Source of the DNA: Candidatus Enterousia sp. | GTDB lineage: Bacteria > Pseudomonadota > Alphaproteobacteria > Rs-D84 | Reading direction: 5' to 3' | DNA: 53,246 nt | NCBI GenBank assembly: GCA_045613315.1 | Contig: JAZLAV010000021.1 | Location: 1 to 53,246 of the forward strand | In this document: piece by piece, positions 1 to 8,462 of the stretch | Layout: each line of letters begins with the position of its first letter | How positions within the stretch are numbered: position 1 is the stretch's first letter | Notes under the pieces: generated by a model | Told to the model about the DNA's origin: nothing | Database searches by the model: none | The model's input: only the letters and a program-made list of their open reading frames with translations | Translations under genes and position numbers: made by a program

Positions 1-35
1 ATGCGGCAGGCCGCATGGGACCCGGACCCGTTGTA

Positions 36-227
36 TCAGTCGCCGACGGCCGAAAACACCCCGGACCGGAAGTCGGCACAGTAACGGACGCCGTTACCGC
101 AGTAGCGGGCACAGGCAGACGCACAATCGGCGGCCGAGGAGCTCGTGCCCAAGTCGGCTTCCGCGAGGGTGTGTTCGGGTCGGTTGGGAATTAGTTGTTT
201 TGACAACGCAGAAACGACGCGGTACAT
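36..227 (-). other. GC-rich orphan Cys-motif cassette (short ORF ending SSAADCASACARYCGNGVRYCADFRSGVFSAVGD)
   Basis: Positions 1-180 are about 67% GC by count, well above the flanks; in-frame ATG at 227; hairpin ATGCGGC-AG-GCCGCAT at 1-16 just downstream of the stop. Confidence 0.35.
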
Positions 228-264
228 TTGGGTGTGTAACAAAGAATAAGGTATCGCGCCGTTT

Positions 265-1740
265 TTATTTCTTGTCCGATTTGCCATCTTTGTCGGAATC
301 GTTATTTGTGGTGGCGTCCCTGGACGCGGCCAATTCATCCGACGCGACCGCCGGTGCATCATCCGGCGTTGCCGGCACAAACGTCAACCCGTCACGCATA
401 CGTGCCATCGCGATAACCATATCGATTCCACGTTGCAATTGGTAATCGCGTGCGTCTTTTTCTTCGTCGGTTAAATTCGCTTCATCGTCTTCGTCAACAT
501 CGTCCCGGGCGGATTTAGCGGTATCTTTGTCTTTGTTTTTCTTTTTTGCCGCATCATTTTTCAGTGAATTTTTAAAAGACGCCTCGGAATAAACGCTTTC
601 CTTTTTTTCTATTACTTCGACTTTGCTTTGTAAAACCTCGACATCGGGGGTAATACCCTCGTTCTGGATTGAACGGCCCGACGGCGTGTAATATCGCGCA
701 ATTGTAATGTGAATTGCGGTTCCATCCCCCAATGGTTTTTGTTGCTGAACGGACCCCTTGCCAAAACTTTGGGACCCCATAATGATTGCGCGGTGATTGT
801 CCTGTAATGCGCCGGCAACAATTTCAGATGCCGATGCCGACCCATGATTTATCAACACCACAATGGGTTTACCATCCGTCATATCACCGGGCGTTGCAAA
901 TGCGCGTTCGATATCTGTTTTTTCCTTGCCCCGGGTGGAAACGATTTCACCATTGTCCAAGAACGCATCAGAAACCTCGATTGCGGCGGTTAAATATCCC
1001 CCCGGATTATTACGCACATCAACAATGTATCCGACGACATCTTTCTTGGCCAACGCCTTTAATGCGTCGTGTAATTCTTTGGTTGTTGTGGACCCAAAAT
1101 CGGAAATCCGCAGGTACCCAATTTTTGGCGCATCTTCATCGGCATCGGCCGCCTGCTTTTCACTGTATTTTACCGATTTTACCTTGATAATATCGCGTTT
1201 AAGGATGATATCGCGTGGTTCCGCGCCATCAGAAATCACCGTCAGTTTAACCTTGGTTCCCGGGCGCCCCTTCATTTTCTTGACCGCCTGGTTCAATGTT
1301 AAATCAAACACCTGTTCGCCATCGATATGTGTGATATAATCGCCCGCCTTGATTCCGGCGCGTGCCGCCGGCGTATCGTCAATTGGCGAAATAACACGAA
1401 CAGCCCCACGGTCGGACGTAATTTGTATCCCCAAACCGCCAAATTCACCATGCGATTTATCATTAAATTCCTTGAAATCATCCGCCGACAGGTATGACGA
1501 ATGCGGGTCCAGTTCCGCCAACATACCGTTCATTGCGGCCTCTAACATTTTCTTTTCGTCCACTTCTTCGACAAATTCGTCGCGCGCCGTTTCGAAAACC
1601 AGTGCCAGTTTTTTCAATTCATCGTAAATCTGGGCATCGGTTAAATGCACAATCGGTTCTTCTTTTTTCTTGTTTTTCGGCGCTGCAAATGCCGACATTG
1701 GCACCAAAATCGCCATCAAGACACATAATTTTTTCAACAT
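265..1740 (-). CDS. ctpA: S41 family carboxyl-terminal processing protease (PDZ + S41)
   Basis: Signal peptide; LDPHSSY; GGLGI PDZ entry; DVRNNPGG; SASASEIVAGALQD; SFGKGSVQ; YYTPSGRSIQ. Confidence 0.95.
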   Translation of the reverse strand: MLKKLCVLMAILVPMSAFAAPKNKKKEEPIVHLTDAQIYDELKKLALVFETARDEFVEEVDEKKMLEAAMNGMLAELDPHSSYLSADDFKEFNDKSHGEFGGLGIQITSDRGAVRVISPIDDTPAARAGIKAGDYITHIDGEQVFDLTLNQAVKKMKGRPGTKVKLTVISDGAEPRDIILKRDIIKVKSVKYSEKQAADADEDAPKIGYLRISDFGSTTTKELHDALKALAKKDVVGYIVDVRNNPGGYLTAAIEVSDAFLDNGEIVSTRGKEKTDIERAFATPGDMTDGKPIVVLINHGSASASEIVAGALQDNHRAIIMGSQSFGKGSVQQQKPLGDGTAIHITIARYYTPSGRSIQNEGITPDVEVLQSKVEVIEKKESVYSEASFKNSLKNDAAKKKNKDKDTAKSARDDVDEDDEANLTDEEKDARDYQLQRGIDMVIAMARMRDGLTFVPATPDDAPAVASDELAASRDATTNNDSDKDGKSDKK

Positions 1741-1820
1741 ACCCTATTTTTCCTTTGTAAATACGGGTCTATTTTACACCCAAACACCCCCAATCGCAAC
1801 ACGATTTTTAACAAAACATA

Positions 1821-1848
1821 TTGACAAATTACAAATATTGTCTATAAT
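1821..1848 (+). promoter_or_regulatory. Sigma70-type promoter for the fic-kinase pair
   Basis: TTGACA (1821-1826), 16-nt spacer, TATAAT (1843-1848), 25 nt upstream of ATG 1873. Confidence 0.7.
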
Positions 1849-1872
1849 TAGTTTGTATAACCAGGGGCAAAA

Positions 1873-2607
1873 ATGTCGATAAGTTGCAAACAATTACGAT
1901 TACAGATTTCCGCCAGCCAGCAAGAATTCCAAAAAATTCTTGCTGGGCGGCATAATTTCAAACGCATCGAATCCTTTGCCTGCTATTTTTCAGATTGTTT
2001 CAGAAACGAAACCGCCAACCTTTACCAGTGCGAGGTTTCGCGCCCCAATCGGGAATATGTGTTGGACTATGCCAAAACATTGCCGAACGCACAAAATGCG
2101 TTTAAATACGCAATGAATTTGCCAAAAAACAGCCCTATATCATCTGAAACATTGTACGAAATTCATCGTCGGTTGGCACGTCATACCGATGTCCCCGGTG
2201 GCACATATCGACAATTTGACGCGTTCAGTATGAAATTGGGGCTGCACGCACCAACATATGAGATTATGATTCAAAAAATTGACAACCTTTTGTATGAAAT
2301 CGGCCGAACCGACACAGACGCAATAACCCGTGCAATGTATGTTCACTATGAAATAATTGCGTTGCAACCATTTGGCGATTACAACAAACGCGTTGCACGC
2401 ATTGTCGCAGATTTATTGTTAATGAAAAATGGTCATCCCCCGTTCAGATTTGACCGCTGTACCGATAACGCAAAATACTATGACGCGTTGCGTGCACGTG
2501 CCCATCGCGACGACAAATCATATGAAAGATATATGTTGGGGAACCTTAATTACGCATGGAACAAACTGGTGGCGATGGCAAAGACATCTTTGTACAACCA
2601 GTACTAA
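1873..2607 (+). CDS. Fic/DOC family protein with degenerate catalytic motif
   Basis: LYEIHRRL...GGTYR flap region and HYEIIALQPFGDYNKRVARI in place of the canonical HPFxDGNGRxxR. Confidence 0.85.
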   Translation: MSISCKQLRLQISASQQEFQKILAGRHNFKRIESFACYFSDCFRNETANLYQCEVSRPNREYVLDYAKTLPNAQNAFKYAMNLPKNSPISSETLYEIHRRLARHTDVPGGTYRQFDAFSMKLGLHAPTYEIMIQKIDNLLYEIGRTDTDAITRAMYVHYEIIALQPFGDYNKRVARIVADLLLMKNGHPPFRFDRCTDNAKYYDALRARAHRDDKSYERYMLGNLNYAWNKLVAMAKTSLYNQY

Positions 2608-2624
2608 TACCAGGAGAGACACAA

Positions 2625-3554
2625 ATGGGAAACACCGATATACGAAAATTACAACATCACGGTCGCGAAACATACGCTGTTTATTACGGCGACGATTTTG
2701 TATTGAAACGTCCATTACCAAATATGTCCGACGCCGAATGTGCGAAATGGTTGGAAAAGCAGCACAAAACCAAGGCCGCCATTGACGCGATTCGGGCCGT
2801 TGACAACCCGGTTTACAATGTCCCAGCAATGCGTTTCATCCGCGATGACGAATATCAAATCCTTGAAGAACGCGCCCCCGGCGTGCCCCTGACCCAGGAA
2901 CTTTTTCGCGCACTGTCGCGCCGCCAACAATTTGAAATCATTAACAGCATCGGCAGTTTTTTGGTTGATATGAATGAATTGAAACCGATTGGGGAACCAA
3001 TTAAACACAAAATATCAGATGAATTAAAATTTGACCGTCTGGATAAATTTGTCGACACCAAAATGTCAAATTGGTTCTGCAAAAACGAAGTACGTCAAAT
3101 GTCGCGTATTCGTGACAATATTGCAAAATTCGAATACCCGACCCGCATGGCGTGGTCACATTGTGATTTAAACCCAGGCAACGTATTTTATGATATTAAA
3201 ACCAACCGTTTGTCGTTCATTGACTTTGCCGAAGCGTCATATCATTTCATTTACCGTGATATATTTGCCCCACTGCAAACAGAATTGGGTATTTGTCGCC
3301 CAGTGTATGAAACATATACGAAATTGCACGACAAAAATTTATACCCTATGCCCAGTATTAAAAATGACGCACTGCGTGAAATAATCAGGAACCGCATAAT
3401 TGTCGTTCACCTTAAACGCTTTATCAAAGCGTCTGAGGATTTGCGCGCAAATCCGAAAAACGAAAAAAGCGTACGGAATAACAAGGCCAAGGTCGAATTT
3501 ATGCAGGCACAAATCGCCGCAATACGCGCAATTGAAAAACAATTTTCCAAATAA
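2625..3554 (+). CDS. Aminoglycoside phosphotransferase/choline kinase-like protein kinase fold protein
   Basis: FVLKRP (ATP-binding Lys), HCDLNPGN (Brenner motif), FIDFAE; AGGAG RBS at 2612-2616 supports a start at 2625. Confidence 0.85.
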   Translation: MGNTDIRKLQHHGRETYAVYYGDDFVLKRPLPNMSDAECAKWLEKQHKTKAAIDAIRAVDNPVYNVPAMRFIRDDEYQILEERAPGVPLTQELFRALSRRQQFEIINSIGSFLVDMNELKPIGEPIKHKISDELKFDRLDKFVDTKMSNWFCKNEVRQMSRIRDNIAKFEYPTRMAWSHCDLNPGNVFYDIKTNRLSFIDFAEASYHFIYRDIFAPLQTELGICRPVYETYTKLHDKNLYPMPSIKNDALREIIRNRIIVVHLKRFIKASEDLRANPKNEKSVRNNKAKVEFMQAQIAAIRAIEKQFSK

Positions 3555-3563
3555 ACCCGACCG

Positions 3564-4646
3564 TTAATCGTCATCGCGGAAAAGTCGCGCCGGGTCAACG
3601 ACCATATTTCCACGGCGCACTTCCAAATACATTTCTTGTTTGTCGGCACTCATGCGCCCCACGGGTTCACCGGCCAAGACCTCTTGTTCCGGCAAAACAT
3701 CAACCGCCCCCAGGTTGGTCATCACCGTATTATAACCATTTTTATGCGACATAATTATCACCTTGCCAAAACCACGGAAATTGTCCGCAAACTTTACCAC
3801 GCCATCGGCCGGCGCCATAACCAGCGCATCGCCACGCGTCCGCACGCGCCACCCGTCCGATTTTAACCCCAACGCCGTTTTTTCGCCAAATCGCACAACC
3901 ACGCGCCCCCGCACCGGTAAATTTAATTTACGCCGTGAAAACGATGCATCAGCACTCATTGCGGACGAACCGACCCCCGCAGACAATTCAGAAATGCTTT
4001 TCGCACGTGCCGACAATTCACGCAATTTTTTTTGTAATCCGGCCTGTTCTGATTTCAATTTTTCATTTTGCGCCGAACGCGTCCGCAACAATTTATCCAA
4101 TTCGTTTCGTTCAGATGCATATTTTTTTGCGGTTCGATCCAGTTTTTCCTTTTCCGTGGCACGTGCCGCACGTACCTGCGCCAAATCTTCAACCTGTTTG
4201 TTTGCATTTTCAATTTCGGTTTCGAACCGGTCCGCCGCCCCGGTTAACACAGACGCAGTCAAAACATAATCGTGCATATTTGCCGAATCAAAACTGGGGT
4301 TCATTGCCACAAATAAAATCGACGACGCCGAATCAGATATGCGCCCCCTGTTTTGTTCTATTTCATGTGTAATGGAATCTATTTTTGCATCCAATTCGGC
4401 GATTTTTCGTGCTATTTCGGCACGTTGGGCTTCCAATGTACTGACCTGGTCTGCGGTTTTAACCAACTGCTTTTTAGTTTTGGCAATATCGCGTTCGCCC
4501 GATGCGACCCGCATTGACAATTCAGCGTTTTTCTTTTCGGTTTGTGCAATCTGGCTTTGTATTTTGGCCAAATCATCCGTCGCGTACGCGAACGGCGCAC
4601 ACGAACCCCACAATGCCACACCAAAAATAAAATGCGAAAACTTCAT
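3564..4646 (-). CDS. envC: Murein hydrolase activator EnvC (coiled coil + degenerate M23 domain)
   Basis: Signal peptide, long coiled coil, LPVRGRVVVRFG...APADGVVKFA...GFGKVIIMSH...YLEVRRG..VDP. Confidence 0.85.
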   Translation of the reverse strand: MKFSHFIFGVALWGSCAPFAYATDDLAKIQSQIAQTEKKNAELSMRVASGERDIAKTKKQLVKTADQVSTLEAQRAEIARKIAELDAKIDSITHEIEQNRGRISDSASSILFVAMNPSFDSANMHDYVLTASVLTGAADRFETEIENANKQVEDLAQVRAARATEKEKLDRTAKKYASERNELDKLLRTRSAQNEKLKSEQAGLQKKLRELSARAKSISELSAGVGSSAMSADASFSRRKLNLPVRGRVVVRFGEKTALGLKSDGWRVRTRGDALVMAPADGVVKFADNFRGFGKVIIMSHKNGYNTVMTNLGAVDVLPEQEVLAGEPVGRMSADKQEMYLEVRRGNMVVDPARLFRDDD

Positions 4647-4752
4647 TTTCTGTGATACAGTTTATCAAAAACCACCACAAAAGCAAATAACGATTTTTAT
4701 TGTTTTTCGGCAATACATACAATATAATAAACATATCAACACGTGTTGTGTC

Positions 4753-4915
4753 GTGGGGTGTAAAAGGCTCCTATTACGCAGGGACAGTGATTGTCCTAAA
4801 ACATCTCCAACACTTTATGTGGTTGGAGTGCGTGAATATATTGAATAAGCGCGACAATTCTGCGTAATTGCCTTTTAACTCCAACCACTTGATATTTTCG
4901 GGTGGTTTTATTTTT
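4753..4915 (+). ncRNA. Putative structured ncRNA (6S-RNA-like long hairpin) with intrinsic terminator
   Basis: Nested complementarity AAAAGGC/GCCTTTT, ATTACGCAG/CTGCGTAAT, ATTGTC/GACAAT; inner hairpin CTCCAAC/GTTGGAG; terminator AACCACTTGA/TCGGGTGGTT followed by a T-run; TATAAT at about 4723. Confidence 0.45.
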
Positions 4916-4942
4916 GGCATAAACAACAGGAATAAAAAACCA

Positions 4943-5134
4943 ATGTCCAACCCACCCCGCGATTATATTTTGGAATACCAGCGCACGCACAATATGCCCG
5001 ACTTTGCAATGTGCAACATTTTATGTATTTCTGAATCTGAATGGCACAGATATAAAAACGGGCACGGATTTCCAATTTCGACGTTCAACAAAATAATGTT
5101 TGTCGTCAATACGGAAATGCCGTTACCCATTTAA
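4943..5134 (+). CDS. Small hypothetical protein, possible XRE-like helix-turn-helix
   Basis: AGGA RBS at 4928; pattern MCNILCISESEWHRYKNG resembles the HTH consensus 'A..LGIS...sRwE.G'. Confidence 0.5.
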   Translation: MSNPPRDYILEYQRTHNMPDFAMCNILCISESEWHRYKNGHGFPISTFNKIMFVVNTEMPLPI

Positions 5135-5135
5135 C

Positions 5136-6350
5136 TTATTTACAAACCACACGCAGGAAAACCTTTTTACCGCGTTGCACAATAATTTCATCGGCCGGCG
5201 CAATCATTGTCCGCGGGTCGGTAATTTTATTCCCGTCGATTTGGATTCCACCCTGCTCTACATTACGGCGCGCATCAGATTTTGATTCAAACAAACCGGT
5301 CGCCATTAAAAAGTCCAGCACCCCCATTGGCGCCACCATTTCGATTTCCACGGCCGGCATATTTTCCGCATTTCCCGCACCACCAAACAACGCCGCCGCG
5401 GTGTTTTCTGCGTCAACCGCCGCCGCGGTACCGTGTGCGATTTCGGTTGCAGCAAATGCCAGACGCTTTTTCACATCGTTTAATTCTGCACCACTTTTTT
5501 TGGCCAGTTCGGCAATTTCATCCAATGGGATTTCCGTAAAGATTTTAAGGAATTTTTCCACCAAATCATCCGGCGTGTTCCGGAAATATTGATAATAGTC
5601 ATATGCCGACAATTTATCTTCGTTAACCCAAACGGCATTGCCCGCCGATTTGCCAATTTTGTTGCCATTTGCATCCGTGATAAGTGCGGTTGATAAAACA
5701 AATGCTTCTTTCCCCAACTTCTTGCGGATAAGTTCGATGCCCATAATCGCATTGCCCCATTGGTCCGCACCACACAGTTGTAATATGCAATTATACTTTT
5801 TATACAATGTCAGAAAATCGACCGCCTGGAACGTCATATAATTAAATTCCAAAAACGTCATACCGTTATCCAAACGACGTTTCACACTTTCCATCGATAA
5901 CATACGTGGCACGGTGAAATCGGTTCCGAATTCGGCCAAGAAATCCAGATGGCTGTAATTTTTCATCCAATCATAATTATCAACAATCACCGCATCAGAC
6001 ACCCCATCACCAAACCGCAAAAATTTAGAGTAAGATTTTTTAAGTCCCGCAATGTTTTTCGCCAATGTTTCTTCGTCCATCATTGGCCGCCCCGTATCGC
6101 GTCCCGACGGATCACCAATGCGCCCCGTTGCACCACCAACCAACATAATTGGTTTATGTCCGAATTTTTGCAACCACCGCATCATCATAACCGGCACCAA
6201 ATGCCCCACATGCAACGAATCCGCCGTTGGGTCGGACCCCAAATACGCACAAATCTTGCCATTATTTAATGCGTCGTTCAGTGCATCCATATTTGATGTT
6301 TGGTTAATGAAACCACGTTGTTCCAATTCGTGTAATAATTCGTTTTGCAT
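5136..6350 (-). CDS. tyrS: Tyrosine--tRNA ligase
   Basis: DPTADSLHVGH (HIGH), GADQWGN, KIGKS (KMSKS), C-terminal S4 domain. Confidence 0.98.
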   Translation of the reverse strand: MQNELLHELEQRGFINQTSNMDALNDALNNGKICAYLGSDPTADSLHVGHLVPVMMMRWLQKFGHKPIMLVGGATGRIGDPSGRDTGRPMMDEETLAKNIAGLKKSYSKFLRFGDGVSDAVIVDNYDWMKNYSHLDFLAEFGTDFTVPRMLSMESVKRRLDNGMTFLEFNYMTFQAVDFLTLYKKYNCILQLCGADQWGNAIMGIELIRKKLGKEAFVLSTALITDANGNKIGKSAGNAVWVNEDKLSAYDYYQYFRNTPDDLVEKFLKIFTEIPLDEIAELAKKSGAELNDVKKRLAFAATEIAHGTAAAVDAENTAAALFGGAGNAENMPAVEIEMVAPMGVLDFLMATGLFESKSDARRNVEQGGIQIDGNKITDPRTMIAPADEIIVQRGKKVFLRVVCK

Positions 6351-6430
6351 ATTCTTTGTTTCCTTTTGCCAAAATCATAGCATTTATTTTCGCGCGTTTC
6401 AACCACCCAATGAAAAATCGCAGGGCATCT

Positions 6431-6457
6431 AAAAACCCGGCATCTTGCCGGGTTTTT
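6431..6457. terminator. Rho-independent terminator after tsf
   Basis: AAAAACCCGGCA-TCT-TGCCGGGTTTTT perfect inverted repeat. Confidence 0.8.
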
Positions 6458-6471
6458 ACTAACCACTAACA

Positions 6472-7341
6472 CTAGCCCAACATTTTTGCGACTTCGTCGG
6501 CCAAGTTATCTTCGCGTTTTTCGATACCCTCGCCCAGAACGAAATACGCAAATCCGGCCAATTTACCATCCGCTTCGGCAATAACTTGTTTAACGGTCTT
6601 GGACGGATCCATAACGAACGGTTGTTCTTCCAAAACGGATTCAGCATACCATTTGTTAATACGACCCGCGACCATCTTTTCAACGACCGCTTCTGGTTTT
6701 CCATTTGTTGCACCGGATTCAATGAACACCTTCTTTTCGCGTTCAACCGCCGCCGGATTAACATCGGCAATCGTCATAAATTCAGGTTTATTTGCCGCAA
6801 TATGCATCGCGATTTTTGGGCCAATTTCATCGATATGGGCGTTTCCACCGTTAATCGCAACCGCAACACCAATTTGACCCATACCCGGCACCAATGCATT
6901 GTGAATATATGAATATATATGGTCACCATTTACACGTGCGATACGACGCAGATTCATATTTTCGCCAATTGTGGAAATTGTCGCGGCGATATCGTCTTTG
7001 ACCGCCGCCAATGTTGCATCAAAATCACCCGCCAATTCCATTGCCTTGTTCGCGACATCGGCAACCAATTTTTGGAATTTGTCGTTTTTGGCAACGAAAT
7101 CTGTTTCGGCATTAACTTCGACCACACAACCCATATTGTCACATTTAACAACGGTCACCAATCCCGACGCGGCGACACGACTGGCCTTGGACGCGGCTTT
7201 GACAATACCTTTTTGGCGCAACCAATCGGCCGCGGCTTCGATATCGCCATTGGTTTCGACCAATGCTTTTTTGCAATCCATCATACCTGCGGATGTTTTT
7301 TCACGCAGTTCTTGAATCAATTTTGCTGTTATTTCTGCCAT
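6472..7341 (-). CDS. tsf: Elongation factor Ts
   Basis: LREKTSAGMMDCKKAL, EVNAETDFVAKN; downstream of rpsB. Confidence 0.98.
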   Translation of the reverse strand: MAEITAKLIQELREKTSAGMMDCKKALVETNGDIEAAADWLRQKGIVKAASKASRVAASGLVTVVKCDNMGCVVEVNAETDFVAKNDKFQKLVADVANKAMELAGDFDATLAAVKDDIAATISTIGENMNLRRIARVNGDHIYSYIHNALVPGMGQIGVAVAINGGNAHIDEIGPKIAMHIAANKPEFMTIADVNPAAVEREKKVFIESGATNGKPEAVVEKMVAGRINKWYAESVLEEQPFVMDPSKTVKQVIAEADGKLAGFAYFVLGEGIEKREDNLADEVAKMLG

Positions 7342-7405
7342 AATTTCCCCCATGTGTATAAATTTGTCTGGTGGCGCATAAAATATCGCGCCACCGGATT
7401 TTCAA

Positions 7406-8257
7406 TTATTTGTCGGCTTTATCGGCCAATTTGCTACGACGTGTTTCACGTGCAACCATATTTTTTGTTTTTTGTTTGGCTTCGGCATCACGTGCATCTG
7501 CTTCGATTTCATCAGCTGCAACGGTTGCCATATCTGATTCGACCTTTTTTCCGGCCGCGCCACCCAAACGTTTTTCAATACCGGACAAAATTGCATCTAC
7601 GAACAAATCGCAATACAATTGGCATGCGCGTGCCGCGTCATCATTACCTGGCACCGGATAATCAACCATTTCTGGATTTGCGTTCGTATCACAAATTGCG
7701 ATTGTTGGAATATCCAGCACGCGTGCTTCGCGTACAGCGTTCATTTCGCGTGGCACATCAATAACAACCATTGCCTGGGGTGTGCCATGCATTTCCAAAA
7801 TACCACCAAATATTTCACGCAATTTGGCAACTTCTTTGGTCATAACGCCAACTTCTTTCTTGGTCAAACCCAATTTGTCGGCATTTTCGATATCAGATTC
7901 CATCTTTTTCAGACGGCGAATGCTTTGTGAAACCGTTGTCCAGTTGGTCAACATACCGCCCAACCAACGATTGTTAACATAGAATTGACCGCAACGTTCG
8001 GCCGCATCTTTGACGATGTCTTTGGCCTGGTGCTTGGTTGCGACAAACAAAACCTTGCCACCGGCGGCGGTGATTGCTTCCAATGCAACCAATGCGCGAT
8101 GCAACAACGGTGCTGTTTTATTCAAATTGATAATGTGAATTTTATCCTTGACCCCATAAACATACGGTGTCATTAACGGGTTCCAGCGACGTGTGTGGTG
8201 TCCAAAATGAACGCCCGCTTCCATCAACTGTTTCATTGTAAATGTTGGCAATGCCAT
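7406..8257 (-). CDS. rpsB: 30S ribosomal protein S2
   Basis: MEAGVHFGH, RWLGGMLTNW, PGNDDA. Confidence 0.98.
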   Translation of the reverse strand: MALPTFTMKQLMEAGVHFGHHTRRWNPLMTPYVYGVKDKIHIINLNKTAPLLHRALVALEAITAAGGKVLFVATKHQAKDIVKDAAERCGQFYVNNRWLGGMLTNWTTVSQSIRRLKKMESDIENADKLGLTKKEVGVMTKEVAKLREIFGGILEMHGTPQAMVVIDVPREMNAVREARVLDIPTIAICDTNANPEMVDYPVPGNDDAARACQLYCDLFVDAILSGIEKRLGGAAGKKVESDMATVAADEIEADARDAEAKQKTKNMVARETRRSKLADKADK

Positions 8258-8434
8258 GATTTATCCTTTGTTTTCTGTTGTTATCCTCGCCATCGGGGGT
8301 GTAAAAAACCGTATTCCCGGACAGAAACATTCCCAATGGTTGTGTTCTTCGCTTGACAAGCGTGCCACGATACTACGATAAAAAAACCGAAAAATCAAGA
8401 AAAAATATGTTATTTTTATATGAATAACCCGAAA

Positions 8435-8460
8435 TAAAAATCCGCCCGTTTGGGCGGATT
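8435..8460 (-). terminator. Terminator after the DUF805 gene
   Basis: AATCCGCCC-GTTT-GGGCGGATT hairpin with T-run on the minus strand. Confidence 0.7.
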
Positions 8461-8462
8461 GC

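Noticed and set aside
3564-3960. M23 domain lacking Zn-binding HxxxD/HxH residues
   Set aside because: Degeneracy is normal for EnvC-type amidase activators
4755-4890. tmRNA candidate (GGGGTGTAAAAGG start, CTCCAACCA near the end)
   Set aside because: No T-arm or tag reading frame recognised and too short; kept only as a generic ncRNA candidate
6919-7764. 281-aa plus-strand ORF and similar antisense ORFs over clpB, the adhesin and the 1128-aa gene
   Set aside because: Antisense shadows of well-supported genes with no recognisable motifs
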